From: Escherichia coli
GTDB lineage: Bacteria; Pseudomonadota; Gammaproteobacteria; Enterobacterales; Enterobacteriaceae
Length of the DNA stretch: 64,000 bases
Reading direction: 5' to 3' (one strand)
Assembly (NCBI RefSeq): GCF_048403405.1
Contig: NZ_CP183129.1
The position numbers and the translations under genes were made by a program. Position 1 is the first letter of the stretch, and every line of letters starts with the position of its first letter. The notes below the pieces were generated by a model. That model did not search any database. It was not told where the DNA came from and saw nothing but the letters and a program-made list of their open reading frames with translations. Positions 42,201-56,303 of the stretch are shown here, one piece after another.

Positions 42201-43488
42201 TGCCCACCGCATCAAACTGACTCTGCGCGACGCTGCCGTCCGCGTGTTCCTTTTTCACCACCCGCTTCAGCCCGCCTTCGCCCTGCGTGTGCAGCACTTC
42301 ACGGCGGTCCAGACTGTCGGTGATGGTGATGCGGTCTTTCTCATACTGATACGTGTAGCTTAAGCCTGCCGGGTTTAGCTGCTCTGTCACCCGCCCGTCG
42401 CTGTCGTAACGGTAACGGATTTCCGGCCGGCCCGCGCGGCGGTGCGCCACCATCCGGCCCCGGTATTTATCATCGTAAGTAAAGCTGCGCACCTGTTTGC
42501 CACTGCGGTCATACACCGCCGCCAGTTCGCCGCGCGGCGTCCAGCCATAGCGTACCAGCGGCGCGGCTGGCAGGTTGTCCGGATATTCCGGGTCGTGCGT
42601 CAGCCACACGGCAGACAGACGGATGCCGTTGTCCCGGCCATATTCGGTGTAACCCGGCAGGGTATCAGGAAAAGCGGACGGTTCCGTCCCGCCGGAAATG
42701 GCCTGCTGCCGGGCCTCTTCTGCCCGCAGCGCCTGCGTGGTCAGTACCAGCCGGAAGTGACGCCCGGCACCATCCGTCACGCCGGTGATTTCGCCGCTGA
42801 ATTCGCCGCCAGCCTCACGGTGGAACGTCTGTGTGCGCCCGAAGCGGTCCACCAGCCCGGTCAGTACCCGGTACGGCGGCAGCGGCGCAGGCAGCACCTC
42901 ATCCGCCTCCGGCACCCGCTCACACCAGCCGAGTACCCACCACGGCCCCTGCGGACTGTTCGTCGCCAGATAACGATGCGGACTTAAGCGGAGTTCTTCC
43001 GGCAGCGCCTGCCAGAGTGCGGCCAGCCGGTGACCTTCATCCAGTTTCAGGACACCGCCACGCACCAGCCAGAGTGATTCGCTGCGGCTGTAACCGTCCT
43101 CACCGGGAAACAGGCGCTCAAAATACAGGCTTCTGCCGCCGTTATCACTGAGTATCAGTGTGTTATCGCGCAGCTGTAAGCGGATATCCGCAGGCATTTT
43201 CCAGCCGGGGCCGAGGCTCCCCACCGGCGCGGGCGTTTTTGTCCGGTAACTGCTGTAGGTGCGGGAGAGGATGAACGGCAGCGGGCCGGGCAGTGCAAGG
43301 TCGGTTTCGCCGGGAAGGACCTTCGCACCGAGCAGCGGATTGACCGGATGGCCGGACGTCACCCCGCCGGGGCACACCGAACAGGCCACACCGGTGGGGG
43401 CACCGATGCGCACCCCGGCTGAACCCTGGACAATGCTACCGCCATACTGCGTCATGTCGCCCTGACGCGCCGCCGGTTTTCCGCTCAT
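39289..43488 (-). CDS. rhsB: Rhs-family polymorphic toxin (PAAR-Rhs core with YD repeats and variable C-terminal toxin domain)
   Basis: 1399-aa ORF; N-terminus [29 protein letters not shown] contains a PAAR motif; GC-rich core with many YD-type repeats; core ends ..[13 protein letters not shown], followed by an about 152-aa AT-rich C-terminal domain ([32 protein letters not shown]). Symbol assigned by position downstream of nikR. Confidence 0.85.
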   Translation of the reverse strand: MSGKPAARQGDMTQYGGSIVQGSAGVRIGAPTGVACSVCPGGVTSGHPVNPLLGAKVLPGETDLALPGPLPFILSRTYSSYRTKTPAPVGSLGPGWKMPADIRLQLRDNTLILSDNGGRSLYFERLFPGEDGYSRSESLWLVRGGVLKLDEGHRLAALWQALPEELRLSPHRYLATNSPQGPWWVLGWCERVPEADEVLPAPLPPYRVLTGLVDRFGRTQTFHREAGGEFSGEITGVTDGAGRHFRLVLTTQALRAEEARQQAISGGTEPSAFPDTLPGYTEYGRDNGIRLSAVWLTHDPEYPDNLPAAPLVRYGWTPRGELAAVYDRSGKQVRSFTYDDKYRGRMVAHRRAGRPEIRYRYDSDGRVTEQLNPAGLSYTYQYEKDRITITDSLDRREVLHTQGEGGLKRVVKKEHADGSVAQSQFDAVGRLKAQTDAAGRTTEYSPDVVTGLITRITTPDGRASAFYYNHHNQLTSATGTDGLELRRKYDESGRLIQETAPDGDITRYRYDNPHSDFPCATEDATGSRKTMTWSRYGQLLSFTDCSGYVTRYDHDRFGQVTTVHREEGLSQYRAYDSRGQLIAVKDMQGHETRYEYNAAGDLTAVIAPDDSRNGTQYDAWGKAIRTTQGGLTRSMEYDAAGRVIRLTSENGSHTTFRYDVLDRLIQETGFDGRTQRYHHDLTGKLIRSEDEGLVTHWHYDEADRITQRTVNGETAEQWRYDERGWLTGISHLSEGHRVTVHYGYDEKGRLTGERQTVHHPQTEALLWQHETRHAYNAQGLANRCIPDSLPAVEWLTYGSGWLSGMKLGDTPLVDFTRDRLHRETLRSFGRYELTTAYTSAGQLQSQHLNSLQYDRDYTWNDNGELIRISSPRQTRSYSYSDSGRLTGVHTTAANLDIRIPYATDPAGNRLPDPELHPDSTLSMWPDNRIARDAHYLYRYDRHGRLTEKTDLIPEGVIRTDDERTHRYHYDSQHRLVHYTRTQYAEPLVESRYLYDPLGRRVAKRVWRRERDLTGWMSLSRKPEVTWYGWDGDRLTTIQNDRTRIQTVYQPGSFTPLIRVETATGELAKTQRRSLADALQQSGGEDGGSVVFPPVLVQMLDRLESEILADRVSEESRRWLASCGLTVEQMQNQMDPVYTPARKIHLYHCDHRGLPLALVSTEGATEWYAEYDEWGNQLSEDNPHQLQQLIRLPGQQYDEESGLYYNRHRYYDPLQGRYITQDPIGLKGGWNFYQYPLNPVQYIDSMGLASKYGHLNNGGYGARPNKPPTPDPSKLPDIAKQLRLPYPIDQASSAPNVFKTFFRALSPYDYTLYCRKWVKPNLTCTPQDDPQYPGMETKTASDYLPQTTWPTTQLPPGYTCAEPYLFPDINKPDGPATAGIDDLGEILAKMKQRTSRGIRK

Positions 43489-43690
43489 CGTAAAATCCTT
43501 TTCTATTATTTTAATGACAGTATCTTCATACGAAAAAGCGAAGAAAAACTTGTGGTCACAATGAATTGAAGGTTTTTAGGAATATATTTAGAACGTTACA
43601 AAAGAGAAGGTTCGGATAGGGTATTTAGAGAGGAATCAGGTGTGCTAGTGGCCCTTTGTTGATCGTTCACCAAAGGACCCAATAATAGGC

Positions 43691-46494
<2,804 letters not shown>

Positions 46495-46498
<4 letters not shown>

Positions 46499-47439
46499 GC
46501 GTGCGCTCCTTCATGACGACGAATGCGCGGGTCCAGCGCGGCGTTGAGTAAATCAACAATCAAATTACAGACCACAAAAACCACTACCATCATCAGCGTA
46601 AAGCACTGGATCACCGGATAGTCACGGTTAAAAATCGCCGACACCGCATAGCGCCCGACGCCAGGCCAGGCAAAGATGTTTTCGATAATCATCGTCCCGC
46701 CAATCAGTTCGCCAATGTGCATCCCCACGGCGGTGATCATCGGCAGCGAGGCATTGCGCAGAATATGGCGGCGTTCGGTCTGTTTGTCGTTCAGGCCGCG
46801 TAGCCGTGCCCAGGTGACGTGACGCTGACCGGCGACGTCCAGCATACTGGCGCGCAGCAGCCGCGCGTTAATCGCCAGCGACATAAAGGCAATGGAAACC
46901 GCAGGCAAAATGATGTGCTGCCAGCCGCCGTAGCCCATCGCGGGTAGCCATTGCAGATACACCGAAAACGCCATCACCAGTAAAAACGCCAGCCAGAAGT
47001 TAGGCATCGACACGCCGAGAAACGCGATGAAACGTACGGCGAAATCCGGCAGACGGTCGCGATGGCGCGCCGCCCAGATACCGAGCGGCACGGAAGTGAG
47101 CAGAATTAATACCAGCGCGGCACCTGCAAGTTCCAGCGTGGCGGGCAGGAAGTTCAGCATATCGTCCAGCACCGGGCGTTGGCTGGCGAATGAGATACCA
47201 AAGTCAAGATGCAGCGCCTTCCACAACCAGGTGCCGTACTGGACGTACAGCGGCTGATCCAGCCCCAGCATGGTGCGTGTAGAGGCCAGCATCTCCGGCG
47301 TCGGCGGCAGGTTAGACAGACGCAAATAATCAAGCGCCGGGTCGCCGGTGCCGAGGCGCAGCATCAGAAAAATGATCACCGAGGCGGCGAGCACCATCGG
47401 GATCAGCAGCAGAAAGCGGCGTAATACGTAACGCAACAT
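46495..47439 (-). CDS. nikB: Nickel ABC transporter permease NikB
   Basis: 314-aa membrane ORF with 4-nt start/stop overlaps, operon-style. Confidence 0.9.
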
Positions 47440-49013
47440 TAAGGTTTCACCGGTTTAATCTGTTCGAACGGAATTTCGGTGGCGATCGGCGCGTAGGGGA
47501 TGTTACCCAGCTCCGGTTTTGATACCACCATCATCGAGATGTAACTGATAGGCAGATAAACCGCCTCGTCATGCAGACGGGTCAGAATGTCGCGATACAG
47601 CGCCTGACGTTGCGTTTCGTCATGGGTTGCCAGCACTTCGCCGATCTCTTTATCAATCAGCGGCTTGTCGGCTAATCCTTGCTGTGCCTGGAAATCAGCG
47701 TGCGACGGTACGCGCATTGAACTCAGGAAGGCGTGTGGATCGTATGGCGCGCCCCAGGTGCGGTGGAAAATCATGCCAAAACGACCGTCGCGCTGACGAG
47801 CATAGATACTGCTCTCTTCTTCGCCAATCAGCGAGACATCTGCGCCAACCTGGCGCATATCAGCCTGAATGATTTCCGCCATCGATTTACTTAACGCATC
47901 GGTGCCGATGAACGACAGTTCAATGCGCAGCGGCTGACCATTTTTCTCGCGGATGTCTTTGCCCGCAGGCAACGTCCAACCGGCTTTTTCCAGCAACGCT
48001 TTCGCTTTCTGCGGATCGTACTGGCGCGGTTTCAGGCCGAGGTTGGCGTAGGGTACAGAAGGAGCAAACAGGGTGTCGGCGACCTGCTGGGTGCCATACA
48101 ACGCGTTATCAATCAGCGATTTTTTGTTTACCGCGTAATTAAGAGCTTCACGTACGGCCAGCTCGTTGGTGGGGGCTTTGGCGGTATTGAGCGCCAGCAT
48201 CACGGTTTCGATCGGCTGTGACAGTTGGGTGTGGTAAGCCGGGTTCTGGCTAAAGCGGGCGAAGGTATCGAGCGGTAATAACCCTTCGTTTCCGTACAGC
48301 AGGTCGATATCGCCAGTTTCAAACGCTACCGCGCGGGTAGTCGGGTCCGGGATCACGTTAAAGGTGATCTTTTTAATCGCTGGCTTTTCGCCCCAGTAGT
48401 TTTCGTTACGGACGAAGACATCGTACTGATTCAGTTTCGATTCCTGTAAAACCCACGGCCCGGTGCCAATCGGCGCTTTAATTCCGTTCATGGTTTCGTG
48501 GTTTTTAAACTGCGAGGGTGCGATAAAACGGAAAGGACGGGGCAGGGCCAGTTCTTGCAGGAAAGGATAGTAGGCGCTTTTCAGGGTGATTTGCAGCTCG
48601 TTTTTACTGAGTGCTTTGACATCAACAATCTGGTTTGCCAGCTCCAGCCAGGCGTGACGTTGACGGTTATCGAGCACTGCGCGGAAGTTTTCTGCCGCCG
48701 CCTCTGCATCAAACGGTTCGCCGTTGGAGAATTTCACGTCATCACGCAGGGTGAAGGTCCAGGTTTTGCCATCTTCAGAATGAGTCCAGCTTTTTGCCAG
48801 CCACGGGATCACCGAACCGTCTGCCTGATATTTCACCAATGGTTCATAAACCATGCTCTGGGCGAACATCTGGTTAGGCGTGTAAAGGTGCGGGTTTAGT
48901 GGCCCGACATTCACCGGCCAGGCGGTGGTGATTTCATCTGGTGCAGCGGCATGGACGATAAAAGACGCACAAGCCAGCAGCGCAAATAGAGTGCGGCGGA
49001 GTGTAGAGAACAT
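47439..49013 (-). CDS. nikA: Periplasmic nickel-binding protein NikA
   Basis: 524-aa ORF with signal peptide ([22 protein letters not shown]); family 5 solute-binding protein; first gene of the nik operon. Confidence 0.9.
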
Positions 49014-49040
49014 GGTAACCCCAATGGATTAAAATAGATG

Positions 49041-49068
49041 GCGGAAATAAGTATGACGATTTTAAGTA
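49041..49068. promoter_or_regulatory. NikR operator in the nikA promoter
   Basis: Perfect GTATGA-N16-TCATAC dyad (gtatgacgattttaagtattcgtcatac) about 30-55 bp upstream of the nikA start. Confidence 0.8.
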
Positions 49069-49123
49069 TTCGTCATACTGATTACCTGTTCTGGATCAAT
49101 AGATGGGCAGTCGGGTGGGCGGA

Positions 49124-49711
49124 TCAGTTAACTGAATCGATCCATTGCACACTGTCGGCGGTGAGCGTAAAGGGGGTAGGGGTGCAGATCGCCAGGCTTA
49201 AATTTTCCAGCTGACAATGGCTGACTGACAGCGAGGAGTTATAGGTGCTGTCTACGCTGACGATTTGCCAGGCGCTGCCGCCACGCTGTTTAACGATGGC
49301 TTCTTTGCGCGTCCAGATGCGCCAGAACATTTCCAGTTGCTGATCAGGATGCACGGCGTCCATCTCAGCGTGTTCCCCGAGGCTGAACACGGCGTTCGCC
49401 AGCCAGCGCCAGTTGGCGCGCGGGCGAATCACTTCGATATCGCAGCCGACTTCGCCTTCATCGCTCAACAGCAGGGCGATATCGTCACCGCTATGGCTTA
49501 AGTTGAACCATAGCGGCGTTTCCGGCGCGAATGCCGGTTTGCCTTGTTCGCCATAGATGATCTCCGGTAGCGGGGAAAGCGTGTGCGAAAGCAATGCACG
49601 CCCCGCCAGCCAGCGTTCACGTCGTGGACCTTGCGGTGCTTGCTCGCGTAAACCCGGTGGCAGAGGAGCTGCGCTTAAGGTCGAAACTTTCCCCAGAACT
49701 ATCCGATACAT
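49124..49711 (-). CDS. acpT: Holo-ACP synthase / 4'-phosphopantetheinyl transferase AcpT
   Basis: 195-aa ORF recognised as AcpT; conserved position between nikA and yhhT. Confidence 0.85.
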   Translation of the reverse strand: MYRIVLGKVSTLSAAPLPPGLREQAPQGPRRERWLAGRALLSHTLSPLPEIIYGEQGKPAFAPETPLWFNLSHSGDDIALLLSDEGEVGCDIEVIRPRANWRWLANAVFSLGEHAEMDAVHPDQQLEMFWRIWTRKEAIVKQRGGSAWQIVSVDSTYNSSLSVSHCQLENLSLAICTPTPFTLTADSVQWIDSVN

Positions 49712-49765
49712 ATCAGGGCCAACGTTTAATGGAAAATGAAAGTGCGTATCGTAACACTTGTCGCC

Positions 49766-50815
49766 TCATCCCGGTAACCGACTTTTCGGTCTGCCTGGTC
49801 CCAGTAAAATCGCCAGTTTGCTACCGCCTTTGGTGGTTTCCATCCAGATTTTACACACGCTGGTTAATGGCACCGAAAGTAGCATCCCTACCGGGCCGAG
49901 CAGCCATCCCCAAATTAACAATGAAAGAAATACCACCATGGTGGACATCCCCAGGCGATGGCCCATCATCCGTGGTTCTAAAATATTGCCGATGACCATA
50001 TGGACCACTAAAAACAATGCGCCGACCAGAATACATTCGTAAATACCATTAAACAGCAGCACCTGAATCATTGGCGGTACGGCGGAAATTACTGCGCCGA
50101 TATTGGGCACGTAGTTGAGCAAAAACGCCAGTACTGCCCACATCAGCGCAAACTGCAACCCCATCAGCTCCAGCCCCAGCCAGACGATTACGCCTGTCCA
50201 TAAACTGAGTAGCGTCTTTAACGCCAGATAATGCGAAACACCTTTAAGTGCGCGGTGTAGTCCGGCGATGTGAATTTGTGGATTATTCAACGCGAAACGC
50301 ATTTTGTAAGGGACGTGGCGCACTTCAAACAGCATAAAAACTACGGTCATCACTAGCAAAAGCACGCTCGCCATTGCCCCGGAAAGCCCGGTCATTAGCG
50401 TCGTGGTGAAGGTAACCACTTTTTCCGAGTCCATCCGCTGCAGTATTCGCTCCGGCGATATATGCAAATTAAGAAAAGGTAACATCTCCTGCAATTTAAA
50501 AAGCTTGCGCGTCAGTTCCTTATTAAACTTCGGTAACATTGAGATAAATTCATTAAATGATGCCGCCAGCACACCGACCAGTGCGGTAAGTGCGATCAGC
50601 ATAACCACCACCACAATCGTAATGGCAACGGGGCGTTGTACTCCCCGACGAATAAACCATGTAACGAGCGGGTTGAGGACGATGGCAAAAAACAGCGCCA
50701 GTAACAGCTGCACAATGATATCTGCCGCTGCGTGAATGCCCGCGAGGATCACTACCAACGAGGCCAACTTGAGCAGAATGTGCATGCCCGTTTTATCGGG
50801 TTGAGGGGTTTCCAT
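49766..50815 (-). CDS. yhhT: AI-2E family transporter YhhT
   Basis: Track ORF trimmed to METPQPDKTGMHILLKLASLVV.. (349 aa); polytopic membrane protein. Confidence 0.8.
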   Translation of the reverse strand: METPQPDKTGMHILLKLASLVVILAGIHAAADIIVQLLLALFFAIVLNPLVTWFIRRGVQRPVAITIVVVVMLIALTALVGVLAASFNEFISMLPKFNKELTRKLFKLQEMLPFLNLHISPERILQRMDSEKVVTFTTTLMTGLSGAMASVLLLVMTVVFMLFEVRHVPYKMRFALNNPQIHIAGLHRALKGVSHYLALKTLLSLWTGVIVWLGLELMGLQFALMWAVLAFLLNYVPNIGAVISAVPPMIQVLLFNGIYECILVGALFLVVHMVIGNILEPRMMGHRLGMSTMVVFLSLLIWGWLLGPVGMLLSVPLTSVCKIWMETTKGGSKLAILLGPGRPKSRLPG

Positions 50816-50946
50816 TGGGGCTTCCTTGTGACTTTTTGTATTAAGTGTAGCGGGAGTCACGCCAGCAATATTCTGATTCTTACTGCTGATTTTCACGTCA
50901 GCACATGGTAAAAATGAAACACTGTTGTAAAAATGTGGTGATCCTC

Positions 50947-52164
50947 ATGCCCGAACCCGTAGCCGAACCCGCGCTAAACGGATTGCGCCTGAATTTGCGC
51001 ATTGTCTCCATTGTCATGTTTAACTTCGCCAGCTACCTCACCATCGGGTTGCCGCTCGCTGTATTACCGGGCTATGTCCATGATGTAATGGGATTTAGTG
51101 CCTTCTGGGCAGGGTTGGTTATCAGCCTGCAATATTTTGCCACCTTGCTGAGCCGTCCTCATGCCGGACGTTACGCCGATTTGCTGGGACCCAAAAAGAT
51201 TGTCGTCTTCGGTTTATGCGGCTGCTTTTTGAGCGGTCTGGGATATCTGACGGCAGGATTAACCGCCAGTCTGCCCGTCATCAGCCTGTTATTACTGTGC
51301 CTGGGGCGCGTAATCCTTGGGATTGGACAAAGTTTTGCCGGAACGGGATCGACCCTGTGGGGTGTTGGCGTGGTTGGTTCGCTACATATCGGGCGGGTGA
51401 TTTCGTGGAACGGTATTGTCACTTACGGGGCGATGGCGATGGGTGCGCCGTTAGGTGTCGTGTTTTATCACTGGGGCGGATTGCAGGCGTTAGCGTTAAT
51501 CATTATGGGCGTGGCGCTGGTGGCCATTTTGTTGGCGATCCCGCGTCCGACGGTAAAAGCCAGTAAAGGCAAACCGCTGCCGTTTCGTGCGGTGCTTGGG
51601 CGCGTCTGGCTGTACGGTATGGCGCTGGCACTGGCTTCCGCCGGATTTGGCGTTATCGCCACCTTTATCACGCTGTTTTATGACGCTAAAGGTTGGGACG
51701 GTGCGGCTTTCGCGTTGACGCTGTTTAGCTGTGCGTTTGTCGGTACGCGTTTGTTATTCCCTAACGGCATTAACCGTATCGGCGGCTTAAACGTAGCGAT
51801 GATTTGCTTTAGCGTTGAGATAATCGGCCTGCTACTGGTTGGCGTGGCGACTATGCCGTGGATGGCGAAAATCGGCGTCTTGCTGGCGGGGGCGGGGTTT
51901 TCACTGGTGTTCCCGGCATTGGGTGTAGTGGCGGTAAAAGCGGTTCCGCAGCAAAATCAGGGGGCGGCGCTGGCAACTTACACCGTATTTATGGATTTAT
52001 CGCTTGGCGTGACTGGACCACTGGCTGGGCTGGTGATGAGCTGGGCGGGCGTACCGGTGATTTATCTGGCGGCGGCGGGACTGGTCGCAATCGCGTTATT
52101 ACTGACGTGGCGATTAAAAAAACGGCCTCCGGAACACGTCCCTGAGGCCGCCTCATCATCTTAA
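50947..52164 (+). CDS. yhhS: MFS transporter YhhS
   Basis: Track ORF trimmed to MPEPVAEPALNGLRLNLR.. (405 aa); 12-TM-type hydrophobicity. Confidence 0.8.
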   Translation: MPEPVAEPALNGLRLNLRIVSIVMFNFASYLTIGLPLAVLPGYVHDVMGFSAFWAGLVISLQYFATLLSRPHAGRYADLLGPKKIVVFGLCGCFLSGLGYLTAGLTASLPVISLLLLCLGRVILGIGQSFAGTGSTLWGVGVVGSLHIGRVISWNGIVTYGAMAMGAPLGVVFYHWGGLQALALIIMGVALVAILLAIPRPTVKASKGKPLPFRAVLGRVWLYGMALALASAGFGVIATFITLFYDAKGWDGAAFALTLFSCAFVGTRLLFPNGINRIGGLNVAMICFSVEIIGLLLVGVATMPWMAKIGVLLAGAGFSLVFPALGVVAVKAVPQQNQGAALATYTVFMDLSLGVTGPLAGLVMSWAGVPVIYLAAAGLVAIALLLTWRLKKRPPEHVPEAASSS

Positions 52165-52167
52165 AAC

Positions 52168-52725
52168 TTACTGAATAACCAGCGTATTAATGATGTTTTC
52201 TGCGGTGGTCTGCGCTTTTTGCTGATCGTCAGCTGGCAGAGTAATTTGCATGGTCAGCAGTTGATTACCCACGTTACCCAGAATAACGGAAGAGTACGCC
52301 GTCTGGCCTTTCGCGGAGATAATGCTGTCTAACTGCTGCATTTTGTGACCTTTCAGCTCAATGGCTTTATTGGTTACCACTTGCAGCTGCGGATCGCGGC
52401 TACGTTGCTGATCTTCCAGACGCTTCGCCAGCACCGCCAGATCTTCTTTCGGATCATCGCCCATGATGACGATGACTGCTTTCTGCCCGGTGGCGTCGGA
52501 CCAGACATGCATGTTATTGGCCTGCGTTCCCAGCTTACCGCTCTGGTCGGTCATATCCGCTGGCAGCGAGAAACTTAACTTGCCATCAAGCAGGTTGACG
52601 GGATTCCCGGTAGCGTTACTTTCCGCGACCGAACCCTGCGCCGTAGCGTTAGTGTCTTTATCATCACAGGCCGCAAGCCCCATAACCAGCAGGCCAATTC
52701 CGACATATTTAACCAGATTGCGCAT
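52168..52725 (-). CDS. dcrB: Periplasmic lipoprotein DcrB
   Basis: Track ORF trimmed to [22 protein letters not shown].. (185 aa) with lipobox LAAC. Confidence 0.85.
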
Positions 52726-52797
52726 TGACTTCTTCCTTTCGATAAACGGCCATAACGGCTCATTCATCCATCTTATCACAACTCTGATAACGAACCT

Positions 52798-53463
52798 TTA
52801 ACTCGCCTGCAAAGCGTTGATTTCGGATTTATCTGCCAGTCTTTTCAACAGCATATTGAGTAATACGCCATACATTGGCAGGAAGAAAACGATACTGATT
52901 AACACTTTGAAACAGTAATCGACCAGTGCGATTTCCATCCAGTGTTCAGCCATAAAGGCATCCGGGCTACGCCAGAAGGCAATGAAGAAGAAGGCCAGCG
53001 TGTCGCTGACGTTACCGAACAGTGTGGACGCTGTCGGTGCCAGCCACCAGCGGCGACTCTGACGCAGGCGGTTAAAAACGTGCACGTCGAGGATCTGTCC
53101 CAGCGCGTAGGCCATGAAACTGGCGGTGGCGATACGGGCGACAAACAGGTTGAAGTGGGCGAGCGCGCCGAATCCTTGCCATGACCCCATATAAAACAGC
53201 GATGAGATGACGTAGGAGATCAGCAACGCCGGGATCATCACCGCAAAGATGATACGACGGGCCAGCGGTGCGCCAAAAATACGCACAGTCAGGTCGGTAG
53301 CAAGGAAAATAAACGGAAAGCTAAATGCGCCCCAGGTGGTATGGAAACCAAAAATGGAGACGGGAAGCTGAACCAGATAGTTACTGGAGGTGATCACCAG
53401 CAGATGAAATAACGATAACCAGAACAACGCCTTATAGCGTTGAGTTTGCGAGAAAACGTTCAT
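52798..53463 (-). CDS. yhhQ: Queuosine-precursor transporter YhhQ
   Basis: 221-aa membrane ORF recognised as YhhQ. Confidence 0.85.
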   Translation of the reverse strand: MNVFSQTQRYKALFWLSLFHLLVITSSNYLVQLPVSIFGFHTTWGAFSFPFIFLATDLTVRIFGAPLARRIIFAVMIPALLISYVISSLFYMGSWQGFGALAHFNLFVARIATASFMAYALGQILDVHVFNRLRQSRRWWLAPTASTLFGNVSDTLAFFFIAFWRSPDAFMAEHWMEIALVDYCFKVLISIVFFLPMYGVLLNMLLKRLADKSEINALQAS

Positions 53464-53684
53464 ATTGTACCTTTTTGATTAACCATTGGGGTGAGGGAAC
53501 CCAATACGTACGACACGCTATTTTACCTTGATTAAATAACGTTCTTACCCTTTTTTCGAGCCGCCGCATGATACTGCTTTACGTTGACAATGCAATGGTT
53601 AATTTTCACGCAATCGTTAACCTGGTTTGCTTACGGACTCACAGGGCGTAAACTAGCGCCGTTTTTTTATGTGATGAGAAGAAA

Positions 53685-53930
53685 ATGACCGATCTCTTTT
53701 CCTGCCCTGACCACACACTCGACGCACTTGGCCTGCGCTGCCCGGAACCAGTCATGATGGTGCGCAAAACCGTGCGCAATATGCAGCCAGGTGAAACGTT
53801 GCTGATTATTGCTGACGATCCGGCGACGACCCGCGATATTCCTGGGTTTTGTACCTTTATGGAACACGAACTGGTTGCGAAAGAGACGGATGGACTGCCT
53901 TATCGTTATTTGATTCGCAAAGGCGGTTGA
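53685..53930 (+). CDS. tusA: Sulfur carrier protein TusA
   Basis: 81-aa ORF with the conserved CPxP active-site motif ([17 protein letters not shown]). Confidence 0.95.
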   Translation: MTDLFSCPDHTLDALGLRCPEPVMMVRKTVRNMQPGETLLIIADDPATTRDIPGFCTFMEHELVAKETDGLPYRYLIRKGG

Positions 53931-54031
53931 TGGGGAAAGATTGGCTTCGATGCCGCCTTTTCCCCTCACCCTAACCCTCTCCCCAGAGGAGCGAGGGGAC
54001 CGATCGCGCTCAATGTTGCGATCGGTTTGCC

Positions 54032-56230
54032 TTATCTCCTGCGCAACAATCTTAACGCATTCGCTGTCACCAGCACCGTCGCACCCGTATCTGCCAGCAC
54101 CGCCAGCCATAGCCCGGTCATTCCTAACAGTGTGGTGACGAGGAAGATCCCTTTCAGCCCCAGCGCAATAGTGATGTTCTGGCGGATATTGGCGTGAGTG
54201 GCGCGTGCCAGTTCAATCATTTGCACCAGGCCGCGCAGGTGGTTATGGGTTAATGCTGCATCGGCGGTTTCCAGCGCCACGTCTGTGCCGCTACCCATTG
54301 CAATCCCGATGGCGGCAGCTTTCATCGCTGGCGCGTCGTTAATACCATCACCGACCATCGCCAGCGGCGCATGTTGATTCAGCTCGGTCACCGCTTTGAC
54401 TTTATCTTCCGGCAAGAGGCCCGCTTTAAATTCCAGCCCCAGTTCCCCGGCGATTGCCGCCGCTGCGCGTGGATTATCGCCGGTGAGGATCACTCCTTTA
54501 ACTCCCAGCGCGTTCAGTTCACTGATGGCAGTTGCAGCATCGGCGCGTAGGGTATCCTGCAATGCAATTACGCCAAGCACGTCATCGTTACGCACTACCA
54601 GCACTACCGTTTGCCCGGCGCTTTCCAGTTCATTAATCAAACCAGCAAATGCAACAGCCGGATGTTTTCCGGCAGCGCATATCAACACGCGCTCACCGTT
54701 AACCTGCGCTTCAATGCCAGACCCGACCAGCGCCCGCTGTGATTCGGCGGTGGGAATAGCGAGTTCAGCAACCTGTGCTTCGCGTACGATGGCTTGCGCC
54801 AGTGGATGCGTCGCGCCTTGCTCGACCGCCGCTGCCAGTGTCAGCAGTTCAGATTCACTAATACCCGTTGCCGGATGAATCGCGGTAACGCGCGGTTTAC
54901 CGACGGTCAGCGTACCGGTTTTATCAAACGCCACCTGGGTAACACGACCCAGTTGTTCCAGCGCCGCTCCGCCTTTAATTAACGCCCCACGACGCGCTGC
55001 TGCTGCCAGCCCGGAGGTAATCGCCGCAGGCGTTGAGATAACTAACGCACACGGGCAGCCAATCAGCAGCAGCGTCAGCCCTTTATAAATCCACTCCTGC
55101 CAGCTGGCGGCAAACAGCAGCGGTGGCACCAGCGTCACCAGCAGAGCGACGGCCATAATCGCGGGCGTATAGATACGGCTGAAACGGTCGATAAACCGCT
55201 CAATGGGTGCGCGACGCTCTTCGGCTTCTTCGATCAGTTTCAGAATCCGGTCAATGGCGCTGGCACCCGGTTCTGACAGCACTTCCAGCGTTACCAGACG
55301 GTCTACGCTGGTGGCTCCTGCAGGAACTTTATCGCCCGTCGCGCGCTCCACCGGAATGGATTCTCCGGTCAGGGCGCTTTCATCAAAACTGGCAAACGGT
55401 GAGAGCAGTTTACCGTCGGCAGGCAAACGCCCACCTGCGGCGACTTCAATCACATCGCCAGGCCGCAGGCTGTTAATCGCCACCTCTTCCCGCTCACCGT
55501 TACGCAGGCGCGTGGCGGTTTCTGGTTTCAGCGCCATTAACGCGCTAACGCCCTGACGCGCGCGGCTGGCGGCCCAGCCTTCCAGTCGTTCACCAATCAA
55601 AAACAGCAGCAACACCATCGCAGCTTCAGCCGTTGCGCCAATAAACAGCGCACCAATAGCGGCTACGCTCATTAAGGTTTCAATGGCGAAGTAGCTGCCG
55701 GATTTGATCAGCCGTAATGCCTGACGAGCAATCGGGTACAGCCCAACCAGCGTGGTCGCGATAAACGCCAGTTGCCCGAACGGATGATTAAACTGCTCCA
55801 GTCCCCAACTTACCGCCATCATCACGATTAGCGTAATCAGCGGCAAATTCTCTTTCAGGCGTGATGTTTGCGGTTCGTCGGCGGCCTGTTCATCGCGCAG
55901 GGAATAGCCCGCTTTTTGCACCGCAGATTCAACCTGGGCACGGATGTCATTGTCGGCATCAACCACCAGTTTTTCGGTGGCGAACAGTACCTGCACCTGA
56001 TTCACGCCTGCAAGCTGGCGCACGGCATTTTCTACCTTGCGCGCACAGGCGGCGCAGTCCATGCCGCTGACTTTCCAGCTATAGCGGGTGCCGGAGACGT
56101 TTTCAGAGAGCGTTGGCGTGCTGGAACATGCGCCGTCGCAGCAACAGTTGTTGGCGTTCTGTACCGCAGTTAGCGGTTTGAACGCAGCAAAGTGAGGGGC
56201 TTTCTTGCCGTGATTGTCAGGAGTCGACAT
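54032..56230 (-). CDS. zntA: Zn/Cd/Pb-exporting P1B-type ATPase ZntA
   Basis: 732-aa ORF with N-terminal Cys-rich region and metal-binding GMDCAAC, transmembrane CPC motif (IGCPCAL), DKTGT phosphorylation site and GDGINDAP hinge. Confidence 0.95.
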   Translation of the reverse strand: MSTPDNHGKKAPHFAAFKPLTAVQNANNCCCDGACSSTPTLSENVSGTRYSWKVSGMDCAACARKVENAVRQLAGVNQVQVLFATEKLVVDADNDIRAQVESAVQKAGYSLRDEQAADEPQTSRLKENLPLITLIVMMAVSWGLEQFNHPFGQLAFIATTLVGLYPIARQALRLIKSGSYFAIETLMSVAAIGALFIGATAEAAMVLLLFLIGERLEGWAASRARQGVSALMALKPETATRLRNGEREEVAINSLRPGDVIEVAAGGRLPADGKLLSPFASFDESALTGESIPVERATGDKVPAGATSVDRLVTLEVLSEPGASAIDRILKLIEEAEERRAPIERFIDRFSRIYTPAIMAVALLVTLVPPLLFAASWQEWIYKGLTLLLIGCPCALVISTPAAITSGLAAAARRGALIKGGAALEQLGRVTQVAFDKTGTLTVGKPRVTAIHPATGISESELLTLAAAVEQGATHPLAQAIVREAQVAELAIPTAESQRALVGSGIEAQVNGERVLICAAGKHPAVAFAGLINELESAGQTVVLVVRNDDVLGVIALQDTLRADAATAISELNALGVKGVILTGDNPRAAAAIAGELGLEFKAGLLPEDKVKAVTELNQHAPLAMVGDGINDAPAMKAAAIGIAMGSGTDVALETADAALTHNHLRGLVQMIELARATHANIRQNITIALGLKGIFLVTTLLGMTGLWLAVLADTGATVLVTANALRLLRRR

Positions 56231-56272
56231 GGCATCCTCCGGTTAAGTTTTTTCTCATTAACCGAAGGATAC

Positions 56273-56294
56273 ACTCTGGAGTCGACTCCAGAGT
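56273..56294. promoter_or_regulatory. ZntR (MerR-family) operator within the zntA promoter spacer
   Basis: Perfect 22-bp palindrome actctggagtcgactccagagt; on the minus strand it lies between a TTGACT -35 and TATCCT -10 separated by 20 bp, the over-long spacer characteristic of MerR-type promoters. Confidence 0.85.
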
Positions 56295-56303
56295 CAAGTT
56301 TTA

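Noticed and set aside
39923-43151. Series of plus-strand ORFs (62-192 aa) inside the rhs gene
   Set aside because: All are antisense to the GC-rich Rhs core, where stop codons are rare by composition; Pro/Arg/Ala-rich translations with no domain signatures.
53931-54031. REP-like element between tusA and zntA (..ccctcaccctaaccctctccccagaggagcgagggga..)
   Set aside because: Only weak dyad symmetry and poor match to the canonical REP sequence; could be an imperfect terminator, so not called.
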